Shown here piece by piece: positions 1 to 11,800 of a stretch of DNA of 64,000 nt (the stretch's first letter is position 1; each line of letters begins with the position of its first letter). Under the pieces are notes generated by a model. That model saw nothing but the letters and a program-made list of their open reading frames with translations. It ran no database searches and was not told the origin of the DNA. A program made the position numbers and the translations under genes. The DNA comes from Pachysolen tannophilus NRRL Y-2460 (Eukaryota), in assembly GCA_001661245.1 (NCBI GenBank), contig KV454014.1, positions 124,001-188,000 of the forward strand. The letters are read 5' to 3'.

Positions 1-3000
1 CTGATATTAGCAGTTATTAGGCTGCTGTTACTGCTGTTGTTATTTAAAATTGGAGTATTGCATGCAGTAGTGGCCATTCTCACCGGTAATGCTCGGCGTT
101 GCAAAGGTCTGTTTAGTTCATTTGTAAAACTGGTTGGTTCCTTGTGAACAAATTGAAGTGATGGTGGAGGATAATTATTGGGTTCGTCAATAGCGTCATA
201 ACTGTACGACTGTGATCTCATCCCCATCGGTGGTCTTGTTGGGTGTGGAGGAATGAAAGTACTGTTGAAAACTGGGGGAGTACTTTGAGGAACAACAAGT
301 GCAGGATGGGTAGAAGTCCTAAATTGTCGTGGATGAGGTTGAGGTTGTGGTTGCGGTTGTGGTTGTGGTTGAGTTTGTGGTAATATCTGTTGTTGATGTT
401 GATTTAAAAATGCATTAGTGAGAAAAGGATGAGCACCTCCATTTTGAGGGTATAACACAAATCTTGTTTGTGATGCAGGAGCTGAATTTAAAGCTTGCCA
501 AGGTTGACCATAATAATGCAGGAATTGTGGTTGCAAATCATTAGGTGTCTGGTTTGTATTAATATTCAAAGTATTAACATTGGCATTGACGTTGGCATTG
601 GCATAAATGTTGTAATTGTTATTATTATTGTTATTACTATTGCTGATATTGCTCTGATACCTTTGCGACCGATGAATATTTAACAGATTTTGGTGAGAAT
701 CACGATTCTGCATCGTCATTCCAATATTGTTGAGCTGATGTTGAAGGTAATCTGGATCAGGAAACTTCCTAAAGCTGCTGCTACTAACACTTTCAGAACG
801 CACGAATCTATGCGAAGAACGTTGATTCTGCGATTCGACTTCGCCAAATGATTTTGATCTAGTTCTCTTGTGACCCAAAGTATTTTTTGAATCTTTAAAA
901 TTCCCCGTTATGACTTTTGAAATAAGTTTTGAATTTAAAACAGGTGTACTACACGTAGATTCAGACAGTGAGTCTGACTGTTCATTAATATCTTTAAACG
1001 ATCCTCTTTGAGATGACGATGCAGGAGTTTTATTTTGTTGCTTCTTGAACAAAAATTCCAAATCCTCCTTAACTTTATCTTCATCCACATTATCGCGATT
1101 GCCTTGAGTATTATTATTTGTGACATTTTCATCTTTAGTATGATATTTGATTTTCTTATTAATTTCAATAAGTTCATACTCAATTGATGCTCCATTTTCA
1201 GCAGATCTCTCGTGGAATTCCCAGATTAAGTGAAGCAGATCGGTGTTCAAGTTCTCCTTCGAGTGAGAAGTGTTATTATCAACTAGAGTTTGTGAAATTG
1301 TTATATCATTAATCTTATCGTCATCAGACCCATTCAAAATCCAGGTCAAGTATCCACCCCAAAATGAAGAATGAAATGGAATTTTAAGATTATAAGTAAT
1401 ATAATCATTTGAAATCAGCAGTGATGGCATTTTAAATCCAATAATAGGTTCCGATTTAGTTTCTATTAATTGATCTTTATTATAAATCTTGGTGAAACAT
1501 TTATAGTTCAATATTGATGGAGAGTGTATTTGATTTCGATTTTGAATTTTAACTGGAATATGAACTAATAATTCAACTGAAGATACAAAATTCCCCAAGG
1601 CCAAATCAAAATTTTTCTTGTTATTATTTGCTGACATTGGAGAATTGCTGTTATTACAGCTACCATTGGTATTACTAATCTCATTTAAAGAAATAAAAGC
1701 TTTAATACAAAGATATTTTTGTAAACTGCCATGTGCAGATGAGATCAGATCTTGAATACATGAAATGAGGTTCTGATTATTTTGAGTCAATTCAAATAAA
1801 GTACGATCATCTTTTGATGAAATTGTCTTGATTTTTTCATATGTTGATGTTTTTGATTTCTTAAATTCTGAAAATTTAAAGTTGTTACCATTATTATAGT
1901 TGAACATTAAATTGAATTTATTCAATTCAAATTTGTAATCATAAAAATATTGTTGAATCTCATTAACAGAACTAGAAGTTGTTGAAGCATGTAAATTGAT
2001 TAGTCCATCAAAATCTTCAATAAGAGAGGTTGTTAAAGTTTCTGGTTCATCATTTATTGATGTAGTTGAAGGTAGAGCAGAACCTGCTGCTATTATGCTA
2101 TCTTCTTCAACATCAATGCCAATACCGGTATTATCGTCATTGATATTTTTTTGGAAATCAAAGTGATCAATCAAATAGGATAAATCTAAAAATTTGGCTC
2201 TTGAAGGGTAACTCAACTTTAATGTTAACAAATCTTGTAAATTCTTAACATTTTTAGCTTTAAGTTTTTCGCAATGATTGATTAATTTAATTAATTGTGG
2301 ACTAGCGATTCTAGTATCATTGAGTTTCAAATATGATAATGTCTTTGTTATTAATTTGGACAGATAATCTTCATTAATCGAATCTTTTAAAAATTTCATC
2401 AAAAACTGATTTCTCGTTAAAATTTTATTTCCCTTCATTCCGTGTAAAAATTTATCATTGTAAAATTTATAAAAAAACTCAACGTATAAATTCAACCCTT
2501 CAATTATTTTACTTAAAAATAATGGGCTCTTTTGTTGACTAAAAGTTGGTGTAGTTTCTTGGGTTAATAAAGAAGACTTGTACGGTCCCAGATCTTTATT
2601 ATTTGCAATATTTGTCTTATCATTAAGCGGTCTTCTACTCTGACCACTTATGCAAGAATTTAATATACTTGGAGTTGAAGCAGCTAAATGCGAATTAAAT
2701 TCCAATGGTGAAATAAGCGATTCTGGTGTCAATCCATCAATGGACTCGCTATCAAAATAAATGTTAGAACTAACAGACTTGGAATCAATTTTCTCATTGT
2801 TATCTTCATCAGGTAAAATTGAAAACATTTCATGAGATGAAAACATATTATGTAGCCATTCGTCGCTCTGATTATCCGATTTCGCATCAGCAGCAACACC
2901 TGTTGACACGGCTGCCTCTGTTTCTGCTTCTGTTTCTGCTTCCGCTTCTGCATCTGCTTCAGCTTCTGCATCTGCATCTGCTTCCACTTCCACTACACTA

Positions 3001-3470
3001 CTATCGCTACTACCGCCACATCCATTGTGAGGATTCACATTTTCAGCTTGTTCCACATGCATGATTATATCGTTCAAGAAATCAGGATTTGTATCTGCTT
3101 CCTCTTCGTCAGTTTCGTCATCAACACTGGTCTTTTCTCCATTCCAATCATGATCTTGGTCATGATCTTGGTCATGATCTTGGTCTTCATTCTCATCATC
3201 ATTCTCATCACTTTTACTCAGTGCGTTATTCTCAGACTCTTCAGCCAAATCAAAATCCATATTAACATATAGCGAAGATGAATTCTTCCCATTCTTTTCA
3301 AATTCCTTCCCTATTCTGTTCTTTCTTCGACTAGAACTTGGCGGTGTATATACCGGATCCTGATTCTCCTTATTATTGTTGCTATGGATTGTATTTCTCT
3401 TAAAATCAATACCTAAACCAGATATTCCCTTATGAGCACTAACTGGAGTTTGAGGAATATTAAAGCTCAT
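1..3470 (-). CDS. Large hypothetical protein (>1150 aa), 3' end runs off the window; acidic/low-complexity N-terminus, PQ-rich C-terminal part
   Basis: ATG at 3470 (MSFNIPQTPVSAHKGISGLG...). The frame was spot-checked as open at ~3420, ~2400, ~300 and 1-120. It is absent from the ORF track, presumably because it has no stop inside the window. Contains DQDH, AEAE and PQPQ repeats; family not recognised. Confidence 0.8.
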   Translation of the reverse strand, partial: MSFNIPQTPVSAHKGISGLGIDFKRNTIHSNNNKENQDPVYTPPSSSRRKNRIGKEFEKNGKNSSSLYVNMDFDLAEESENNALSKSDENDDENEDQDHDQDHDQDHDWNGEKTSVDDETDEEEADTNPDFLNDIIMHVEQAENVNPHNGCGGSSDSSVVEVEADADAEAEADAEAEAETEAETEAAVSTGVAADAKSDNQSDEWLHNMFSSHEMFSILPDEDNNEKIDSKSVSSNIYFDSESIDGLTPESLISPLEFNSHLAASTPSILNSCISGQSRRPLNDKTNIANNKDLGPYKSSLLTQETTPTFSQQKSPLFLSKIIEGLNLYVEFFYKFYNDKFLHGMKGNKILTRNQFLMKFLKDSINEDYLSKLITKTLSYLKLNDTRIASPQLIKLINHCEKLKAKNVKNLQDLLTLKLSYPSRAKFLDLSYLIDHFDFQKNINDDNTGIGIDVEEDSIIAAGSALPSTTSINDEPETLTTSLIEDFDGLINLHASTTSSSVNEIQQYFYDYKFELNKFNLMFNYNNGNNFKFSEFKKSKTSTYEKIKTISSKDDRTLFELTQNNQNLISCIQDLISSAHGSLQKYLCIKAFISLNEISNTNGSCNNSNSPMSANNNKKNFDLALGNFVSSVELLVHIPVKIQNRNQIHSPSILNYKCFTKIYNKDQLIETKSEPIIGFKMPSLLISNDYITYNLKIPFHSSFWGGYLTWILNGSDDDKINDITISQTLVDNNTSHSKENLNTDLLHLIWEFHERSAENGASIEYELIEINKKIKYHTKDENVTNNNTQGNRDNVDEDKVKEDLEFLFKKQQNKTPASSSQRGSFKDINEQSDSLSESTCSTPVLNSKLISKVITGNFKDSKNTLGHKRTRSKSFGEVESQNQRSSHRFVRSESVSSSSFRKFPDPDYLQHQLNNIGMTMQNRDSHQNLLNIHRSQRYQSNISNSNNNNNNNYNIYANANVNANVNTLNINTNQTPNDLQPQFLHYYGQPWQALNSAPASQTRFVLYPQNGGAHPFLTNAFLNQHQQQILPQTQPQPQPQPQPQPHPRQFRTSTHPALVVPQSTPPVFNSTFIPPHPTRPPMGMRSQSYSYDAIDEPNNYPPPSLQFVHKEPTSFTNELNRPLQRRALPVRMATTACNTPILNNNSSNSSLITANI

Positions 3471-4594
3471 TTTTCTTGCTTTTAGTCCAATTTCTTCGCT
3501 CTATTTTTCGCTCTATTTTTCAGCTAAACTCTATTTCAGACTAACCTATTTCGATAACGAAAGGTAAAAACAAAAAAAAATGGAAGACACAGAACAACAA
3601 GAAAGAGTAAACAATATATATATATATAATAAATATATAAATATTGTTAAGAGCGTTTCCATTTAATAAAAAAAAAAAAACTACAAGGAAGCTTACCTCT
3701 CAAACACAAACAAAAAAGAAAAAAACTTTTTATAATATAATATTATGTACGTTTTTACCCTTGCTATGTGTGTTTTTTTATCTTCCCTTTGTTTTTCGCC
3801 TGAATTGCAGGATCCCGATTTCAAGATAGAGTTTTCGTATAATGCAAACATCTGATAGCAATATTGATTCACAATTCTCGTGTTTTCCAGCTCGTGTTGT
3901 TTACCATCTCATTGTAAATAATAAGTAATAATAGAGCCATCTTCTCCATGTTGGAGAAACTAGAGGGAAAAAAAACTTTAATCTTCTCCGTGTTTATATC
4001 CGTGTTTAAACATGTTTACCTTTCTTATACCAAAAAAACTCACTTAAATCGTGCTATTTGAATAAGTAACGCACACACACACATATTGATGTCTCTGTTC
4101 TCCGTCTTCTGATTTGAAAAATCCCGGAGAAGTTTGGTGTATGTCTTATGTTCGCATGTTTCTCCGTTGTTTTTTTTTTTGTTTTTATTTTTCTTCCGCA
4201 TCAAATAGGAAGAAAAACGACACGGAAACCATGAAAGGATAAGAGAGTGTGACACGGGAGCAAAATGTGAGCAAAATGGGAACAAGATGGGAACAAGATG
4301 GGAGTGTCATGAGAGCAACACGAGTACGACACGAGAATAACACGAGTATTGGGAAATGGAAATGTATGATGAATGTAGGAGAGATAGATGGATGAGAGTG
4401 ACACCAGAATGACTAAAGGTCACCAAAATGACGAAAGGTGACACAGCTCATGGTGAACTCACTATGAGCTGTAGGTGAGTTTTGGTGTTTTTGATAGCTA
4501 GCGTCTAATAGCAACAACACGTATATATAAAGTTATGAACCAATAACCAATAAATGCATGGATTGCATAGGTTACTTGTATTTGATGAGAAACT

Positions 4595-5734
4595 TTATAA
4601 TTTTTGTGAATTTTGTGGACTTTTCATCAGATTTTCAAAATAAGTTACACCAATGTTTGAGTTATAATTTTCACAAGCGCGGTTAACTTCTTTGTTATCT
4701 TTATTTATTATACTTGTAAAAACGAGCACAATTTGTTCCAGTATGAAAATCAAACATTTTGAAAAAATTTGTTGTGAAAACCCCGATATATTATATTGAT
4801 CGTTGATTTCAACAATTAGTGAAACAAGTAATTGTATAAATGGGTAAGCAATATAAAACAAAATTTTACATATTGTAATTATTAAGCGAGCTATTATTTT
4901 CACCAAGAGGTTTCCCTTTAAAGAATTATTAAATGGTGGATCCCAAATTTCTTCCCTCAGTTTTTGATTAAAACCATGGTTATACTTGTAATTTTGTCTA
5001 AAATCATCAATTAATTGATTATCATTTAAAAAAATTTCCAAGATTTTAAATTTCAGTTGCTCATTTAAATTTGCAAATGTTTCTTCAAATTGATGATTTG
5101 AATCATCATCAACTGAATTCATCAATATTAATAATGCATCTGCATATAGTTTATCATAAAGCTTTGATCCTAAAGTTTTCCTACCACCTTTCCGAAGACA
5201 CAGAGATAACAAGTTTAAACCAACACGAGTGCCAACACCAGAACTAAAGGTGGTGCCAACACTAGAGGTGGTGCTAGAACTTGCATCAGCGCTATCTCTG
5301 GTATTAGCTGTAAGAGACCCCGTAACATCACAAGTTGTAACATTATTTTCAACTCCCACCGCTGTTGGTGTTTCCGGTGGTGTCAAGACCTCATCACCCC
5401 CTTCTATAGCCGCTGTCACATTAAATTCTTTATTTTCCGTATTAGTTGCTACCTCATCTCTATTACGTTGTACTAACCTATCTCTAACTTTTTTGAAAAA
5501 AATTTCATTAGACAAGTCTTTAGACTTGTCTAAAGACAGGTCTAAAGATTCAAAATTATCATCATTTGAATTAATCATGTATAAATCATCTTCTACTTCT
5601 TTGTCTTGTCTCAGAGGTAAGACATTGAAAAAATCATGAGGCCTCAATTTCTCAATGAAAACCTCACTTTTCGGAGTAAAAGAAACATAATCATCATTGA
5701 TTTGCGCTGCAGAATTTAAAACTGATCTAATCAT
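4595..5734 (-). CDS. Hypothetical protein, 379 aa, with hydrophobic (probably membrane) segments near the C-terminus
   Basis: Long ATG-initiated ORF with an S/T-rich middle and hydrophobic stretches (LLVKIIARLIITICKILFYIAYPFIQLLVSLIV). No family recognised. Confidence 0.75.
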   Translation of the reverse strand: MIRSVLNSAAQINDDYVSFTPKSEVFIEKLRPHDFFNVLPLRQDKEVEDDLYMINSNDDNFESLDLSLDKSKDLSNEIFFKKVRDRLVQRNRDEVATNTENKEFNVTAAIEGGDEVLTPPETPTAVGVENNVTTCDVTGSLTANTRDSADASSSTTSSVGTTFSSGVGTRVGLNLLSLCLRKGGRKTLGSKLYDKLYADALLILMNSVDDDSNHQFEETFANLNEQLKFKILEIFLNDNQLIDDFRQNYKYNHGFNQKLREEIWDPPFNNSLKGNLLVKIIARLIITICKILFYIAYPFIQLLVSLIVEINDQYNISGFSQQIFSKCLIFILEQIVLVFTSIINKDNKEVNRACENYNSNIGVTYFENLMKSPQNSQKL

Positions 5735-6213
5735 ATCTTTAAAAAATTAATAAACTAAATAATATAAAGAAACTTATTATTATTAACTAGTTTAATTCTG
5801 TTAAACTTGCTTTGTTTTTAAGGCCATTTTTTAGTCATTTTTTTTACACTACAGAAAATTAAGACGATAAGAAATTGCTAATCTAAATTTTTTTTTAACT
5901 ATTAAAACAATAATATTAAACGATTAACTATTAATAATTAAACTTACAATCTACTCCTTAATCACTGGGAGATGATTTTGGAGTACTTTTTTTATATATA
6001 TATATATTAATTCACTTGATAATATTAACCTACTTATCATAATCAAAATTGTGTGGCTAAATCACAATTATGCAAGAATATCCACAGATGTTTAAATCAA
6101 GAAATGATAAGTACAAGATAAAAGAAATAAGCAAATTTTTGAAATGATAAATTATTCTTTGCTAATTATCAATTTTCAATTATCAATTATTGATAAAAAC
6201 AATTTCTCTATTC

Positions 6214-7776
6214 ATGACCATTGAAACAGATATTAAATCAATTGCTATTATAGGTGGTGGACCAGCAGGTTTAGCTTCGTTGTACGAGTTACTTCATGTA
6301 TTAAAAGATGGTAGATCTATCTTTGATATTCGGGACACTACTGAGTATAAGTTAAAGAATGAATTATCATTTGAAGAAGTTGTATTATTTGAGAGAAATA
6401 GTTCTATTGGTGGGTTATGGGCAAGGACTGAGGCTGGTAAGAAGGATAATTTAGAGACTAAACTTGGGTTACCTTGTTTAAAAAAAGAGAATTATGATGA
6501 TCCAGAAAAATTTCTTCAAAAAATTGATATACCAGTAGGAGTTAATAATGCAACTTTTGAAAAACCTATTGAAACTATAAATGATTTTTTCGAAGATGAA
6601 TCTAATTGTCGTTGGAGTGGGTCTGGTATATATGAAGGATTATTTACCAATGTTCCAGATAAGTATATGAAATTTTCATATTCTAGTGATAGTGATAGTG
6701 ATAGTGCAAAGACAAAAAATTATCCGAAATTGAATAATCTATCACCATTTGAACAAGTGACACTGACATTAGAAGAGGTTGTTAGTGATAATCATTTAGA
6801 ACCACATATTAGGTTAAATACTTCAGTAGAACTTGTTGTTAAACGTGGGGATAAATGGGTGGTTACATTAAAAAATACTATTAATTCAAGTTCTATATGT
6901 AAATGGTATACACAAGAATTTGATGCTATTGTAATTGCTAATGGTAAAAGTATACCTTTAATTCCTTTTATTCCTGGATTGAAAAATTTTTATGAAAAAT
7001 TTTCTAGAAAAATTGATATTAGACATTCAAAGACTATTTCAAATCCAGCAAATTTTGTTGAAAAGGGTAAAATTTTATTTATTGGTGGGAATATAAGTGC
7101 AATAGATTTAATTCAATATTGTTTCCCAAGAAATCTTGATCCCGCTTCAATTTTTGTATCTAGAAAAAATGAAACAAATTCTACATCATCAGAATGGGTA
7201 AATATCTTGGGATATTCTTATGGTATTAAAAGAAAACCAGAAATTTCAAAATTTAATGATAATGGTGATATTATATTTAGTGATGGTACAATTGAATCTA
7301 ATTTTGATTCTATTATATTTTGTACCGGATATCATATGCATTACCCTTTTTTAGATGATAAAGAACGTAATTTTTTGAAAAGGGCAAATGATTTTTATCT
7401 ACATACATTTTCTCCACATGATCCTACTTTAGCATTGGTTGGAAATTTATTTACTGCATTTTATTTTAATAGAGCTGAAGCATCACTGGCACTGATTGCA
7501 GGTGTTTGGAGTGGATTTAAAAAATTACCTCCTAAAAATGAACAAATTGAATGGATTAAATTTAAACTGCCATCAAAATATCCTATTTGGGATGTTAAAG
7601 AACAATTTATTAAAAATTTATTAGAATATGCCCCTAATGGTAGAAAAAATCCATTAGATATAATTGATAAACAAGATGATTATATAAAAGAATTTAATAT
7701 AGCTCATCAAACTTTGATAAAAATTTTTCTAGATTTAAAAGAAAATTTATATTCTCCAAAAGATATTTATATTTGA
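6214..7776 (+). CDS. Flavin-containing monooxygenase (FMO family)
   Basis: FAD motif IAIIGGGPAG, FERNSSIGGLW, YEGLFTNVP, FDAIVIANG and IIFCTGY. First ATG is 6214; the track starts at TTG 6190. Confidence 0.9.
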   Translation: MTIETDIKSIAIIGGGPAGLASLYELLHVLKDGRSIFDIRDTTEYKLKNELSFEEVVLFERNSSIGGLWARTEAGKKDNLETKLGLPCLKKENYDDPEKFLQKIDIPVGVNNATFEKPIETINDFFEDESNCRWSGSGIYEGLFTNVPDKYMKFSYSSDSDSDSAKTKNYPKLNNLSPFEQVTLTLEEVVSDNHLEPHIRLNTSVELVVKRGDKWVVTLKNTINSSSICKWYTQEFDAIVIANGKSIPLIPFIPGLKNFYEKFSRKIDIRHSKTISNPANFVEKGKILFIGGNISAIDLIQYCFPRNLDPASIFVSRKNETNSTSSEWVNILGYSYGIKRKPEISKFNDNGDIIFSDGTIESNFDSIIFCTGYHMHYPFLDDKERNFLKRANDFYLHTFSPHDPTLALVGNLFTAFYFNRAEASLALIAGVWSGFKKLPPKNEQIEWIKFKLPSKYPIWDVKEQFIKNLLEYAPNGRKNPLDIIDKQDDYIKEFNIAHQTLIKIFLDLKENLYSPKDIYI

Positions 7777-8737
7777 GAAAGAAAAAAAAAGAAAATTTGT
7801 ATTTGTTTACATACAATTGAATTGTCCTTTCTTATTACTATATAATCACACCATAATGTTTGTTTTAGATAGTGGAGAAAAACGGGATAAAGGACATTTT
7901 TATTCAAATAAGGGGTGGTCGTCGTCGTGTTTGGGGCAAAAAAAATGAAAAGAAAAAAAAAGAAATCAATAATACCGCCCCGGATAGGGAACCACGGAAA
8001 AGGAGGAAGAACGAGGTAAGATGAGGCCGAGAGTATGGCCAAAAACCCGCGAAAGCTCAAGGGAAAGGAAAAAAAAAAAGGGCAAGAATAAGGAAAGAAT
8101 AAGGATGGGCCGTGGACCTAAATTCCTATACAAATACACACAACCTTAAAAAAAATAACCCGCGAAAACATTGGTCCAAGCCTTCTTCTCTTGCCTGCCC
8201 GTTTTTTTGGCCCTGCCCTTTGTATTTTTTTGTATTTTTTTGTATTTTGGCCTGGCTCTTTTTGGCCTTAGTACCCCCTATTATCCCCTATTGTTTTAGG
8301 CCTATTATCCTTCTATTGTTTTTTTTTTTCTTACTTTCGCTTCCCGCCTATTTTTACTCCGAAACCCGTTTTCCCAAAATCATACGATAAAAATCTTTAT
8401 GTCCTTGAAAAATTTCTTTTTTAGTATAGGTAGAGAGAGATATTTGAATACTTATTTTTTTTTCTCATACGAGATTTATTACATCTAGTTAAAATATGAT
8501 TAATTAGCCATAATATTAGCAACAATGACCAGTTTTTTTTTTTTTTTTTTTTTTTATATATGATTTTTTCGTTTTTTTTCCTTTAATAAAGAAGTAAAAG
8601 TTTTCTTTTATTTAAAAAATATTATTTATATATATATCTTTTATTTATTTTTTTAAAAGAAAGATTTATTTTGTTATTTAATATTTTTGGAAGATTTAGA
8701 TTGGGTATTAATCTAATAAGAAAGTATTAAATATAAC

Positions 8738-8770
<33 letters not shown>

Positions 8771-8823
8771 TCAGACCTATACATATTTTTAATTTTTAAT
8801 TAAAAGAATATAATATTTTCAAT

Positions 8824-11800
8824 ATGTCTTTGAATTTTGACGATTACGATTCAATTCTATCATCCCTATCGCTGGGAAATAATAATAATGGGAATGATCA
8901 GAAGCAGCAGGTGCAGCTGCTGCAAGACCAGCAGATGTTTTTCAACCAACAAGATCAATTAGATTTAAATAATACTTCATTATTTAGTAATTTTAATCCA
9001 GCAACAACAATACATTTGAGTGATATTAACCCTCAATTTAATAATAATAATAATAATAATAATATGGGAAATACAAATTTCGAAAATGATGAAGGTACAT
9101 TATCTTCTTCAACTTATAATTCACTTTCCCCTTCAAATTATTCAAGCGGATCTTCACCAGATGGAATGCTATTTGGGAATGATAACTTCCAACAACAACA
9201 AATGATGGTTAACGATTTCAACTCATACCAAAATCATCAGCAATCACAACAACAGCAGCAACAACAACAACAACAACAACAATACGATGCAAACATTAAC
9301 GTTGATGGATTACTCAGTACAGATTTTAATTTCGATAATAGTAACACCACAAATAGTTCAAATTCTACAAATATTAGAGATGGAAATGTTATAGCAGTTC
9401 CAGATTTATTTAACGGTGTTTCTCTGAGTGATTCTACACCTTCTCCAGAATCTTTAAGATCATCCCCACTGGATACACTTTCACCAAAACAACAAAAATC
9501 TAAAAGAGGCAGAAAAGTCTCAGTTAAAAATGAACCGGGTTCTTTATCAACTACAACTTCAGGCTCAAGTGTAACAACTTCTGGAGGTGTTACAAAACCT
9601 GGGAAGAAAATTAAATCTTCTCATAATTTAATTGAGAAAAAATATAGAACAAATATTAACTCTAAAATAATAGAGTTGAGAAATTGTGTTCCTGCGTTAC
9701 GTATCTTGATATCAAAGAAGACTAATGATAGCAGCTCAGTTGAAGGTGATGAATTCAGTAATGACTATGAAGGTGAAGGTTATTCTGATGATGAAAGAAA
9801 ATTGGATGGTTTAAATCCTGCTAAAAAATTAAACAAGGCAACGATTTTATCCAAAGCAACAGAATATATTAAACATTTGGAATATAAGAATCAGTTACTT
9901 TCTAGAGAAAATGAAAAATTAAGAGAAATCATAGTTAACAGCGGTAGTATCCAAGATCCAAATGTTTTGCAACAGGGAATGATGCAACTGCAATTTAATG
10001 GTATGGGATCTCAACAACAGCAGCAACTGCAGCAGCAACAAGTACAGCGTCTGCAAATGCAGCGTCAGCAGGCTCAGCAGCAGCAACATCAACAACAACA
10101 ACAGAGGCAACAAGCTTCGTCTTCATTGACAAATAACTTGTTGGTTGGTGGTCTTACCTGTTTAGTTGGTGCTTCGACTTTAGACGATTTCGGTGGTTCT
10201 GGTAACGGCGGAAGTTTTAGAAGAAGTTTATTCTCCATTCCAATCTTTTCATTTGGAAGTTCACAACCTTCATCCGTTATGTTCCGTCCATTGTTGGGAT
10301 TATTCAAGATTTTCTTGGTATTGGGTGTTATGTTTTACTTGGTTGAACCATTATTCCACAAGAGAGAAAAGAAGAAGGGTCAAGAAGAGTCGAATTCTAC
10401 ATTTGATGAATTGGCTTTAGATTGGGAAAGTGTTATCAATGGATTTAAAGTGTTACAAAATCCAAAAGAATTTTTAATAAAGCAGTTTAGTATCACTGAA
10501 GTTCAAGCATCAGCACCTTTCTTATTATCTTCACCATATGGTTCAAGTGGACGTTCCTTACCAAGTTTGTATCTTAGTTTTATAAAACTTTGTGTTTCTC
10601 CAAGTACTATACATACATTGATGTTCAAGACATTATATTTGAGATATATTTCTAGCAAATCAATAATTGGTGTTAGTTATATATTGGATAAGATGGCTGC
10701 AGTATATTGGAATAGGGCAAAGAAATTCATGGATTCTTCAAATGAAACTCTTGATAGTTCTATTAAGGAATTATTATCAGGTTATGAATACCGTGAAGTT
10801 TTTGATATGCATTCAGTTTATGGGAAGTTTGTTGATTTACTTAAAAAACAAGATCAGTATAATGATGAAGAAATAGAAGAAGAAGACGAAGAAGATGATG
10901 ATATAGAATCAGAAGATGAAATAATTTTAAAACATTGTACATCACCTTTTGAAATTCTTGTTCAACTTATTCTTACACAATATTTCCAAGAATCATTAAA
11001 GAGTTTGGTTGATTTAGAAACTTTAAATAAATTATTGGTTGAAAATAAGAGTAAAGAAGAAGAAGATTCTGAAGAAGATTCTTCAACTTCAACTTCAAGT
11101 TCCACTTCTACAGAAACAGATAAGGCTGAAATTAAAGAAGAAGTTGAAACTTTGAAAAATTTTATTGATGAATTAGTTTCTAAATCTTTTAAATTATCTG
11201 AAAAGAACATCAAATTTCTTACATTAAAATCATTAATGGAACCAACAAATGAAAATGTAAGTTTATTGATGTCTTCAGTTTCAAGTGCATCAAAAATTTC
11301 ATCTCATAATATTAATGTAAATTCATTAGTATGTTGTTTAATTAAAAATCAATTATTATATTCTGAAGAAGAAGATAAATCCAAATTGTTAATCTTATTA
11401 AACAGATTAAGTTTACCATTCAAGATTTCACATTCTTCATCAGCAAGTAATATTGATTTATTTTCATTTGCTTCATTATATTCAATGCTTAATCTTTTAC
11501 CAAAAGATTTTAAGCAACAGAAAATTGGTACTCAAGAAGAAGATTCTACAGAAACTGAACATGATGATAAATCATCTTCTGTTTCTACTGTTTCCACTGT
11601 TTCTACAGATGCTCATGTTTCATTAGAAGACGAACATAGAAATGTAACTTCTGATTCTTCTTCAGATGATCTTGATGAAAGTAGTGATGAATTTGATGAA
11701 GAATCTGATGAAGGGATTTCAAGTGGTGATAGTACCGTTGAAGAAATGAGTACAGTTTCTTCAAAAAAAATGAGAAGATCAAACGCACGCAACTCCCGCA

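Noticed and set aside
495..3272. Small ORFs at 495, 935, 2729, 2819 and 3027
   Set aside because: Antisense or off-frame shadows of the large minus-strand gene, driven by low-complexity repeats.
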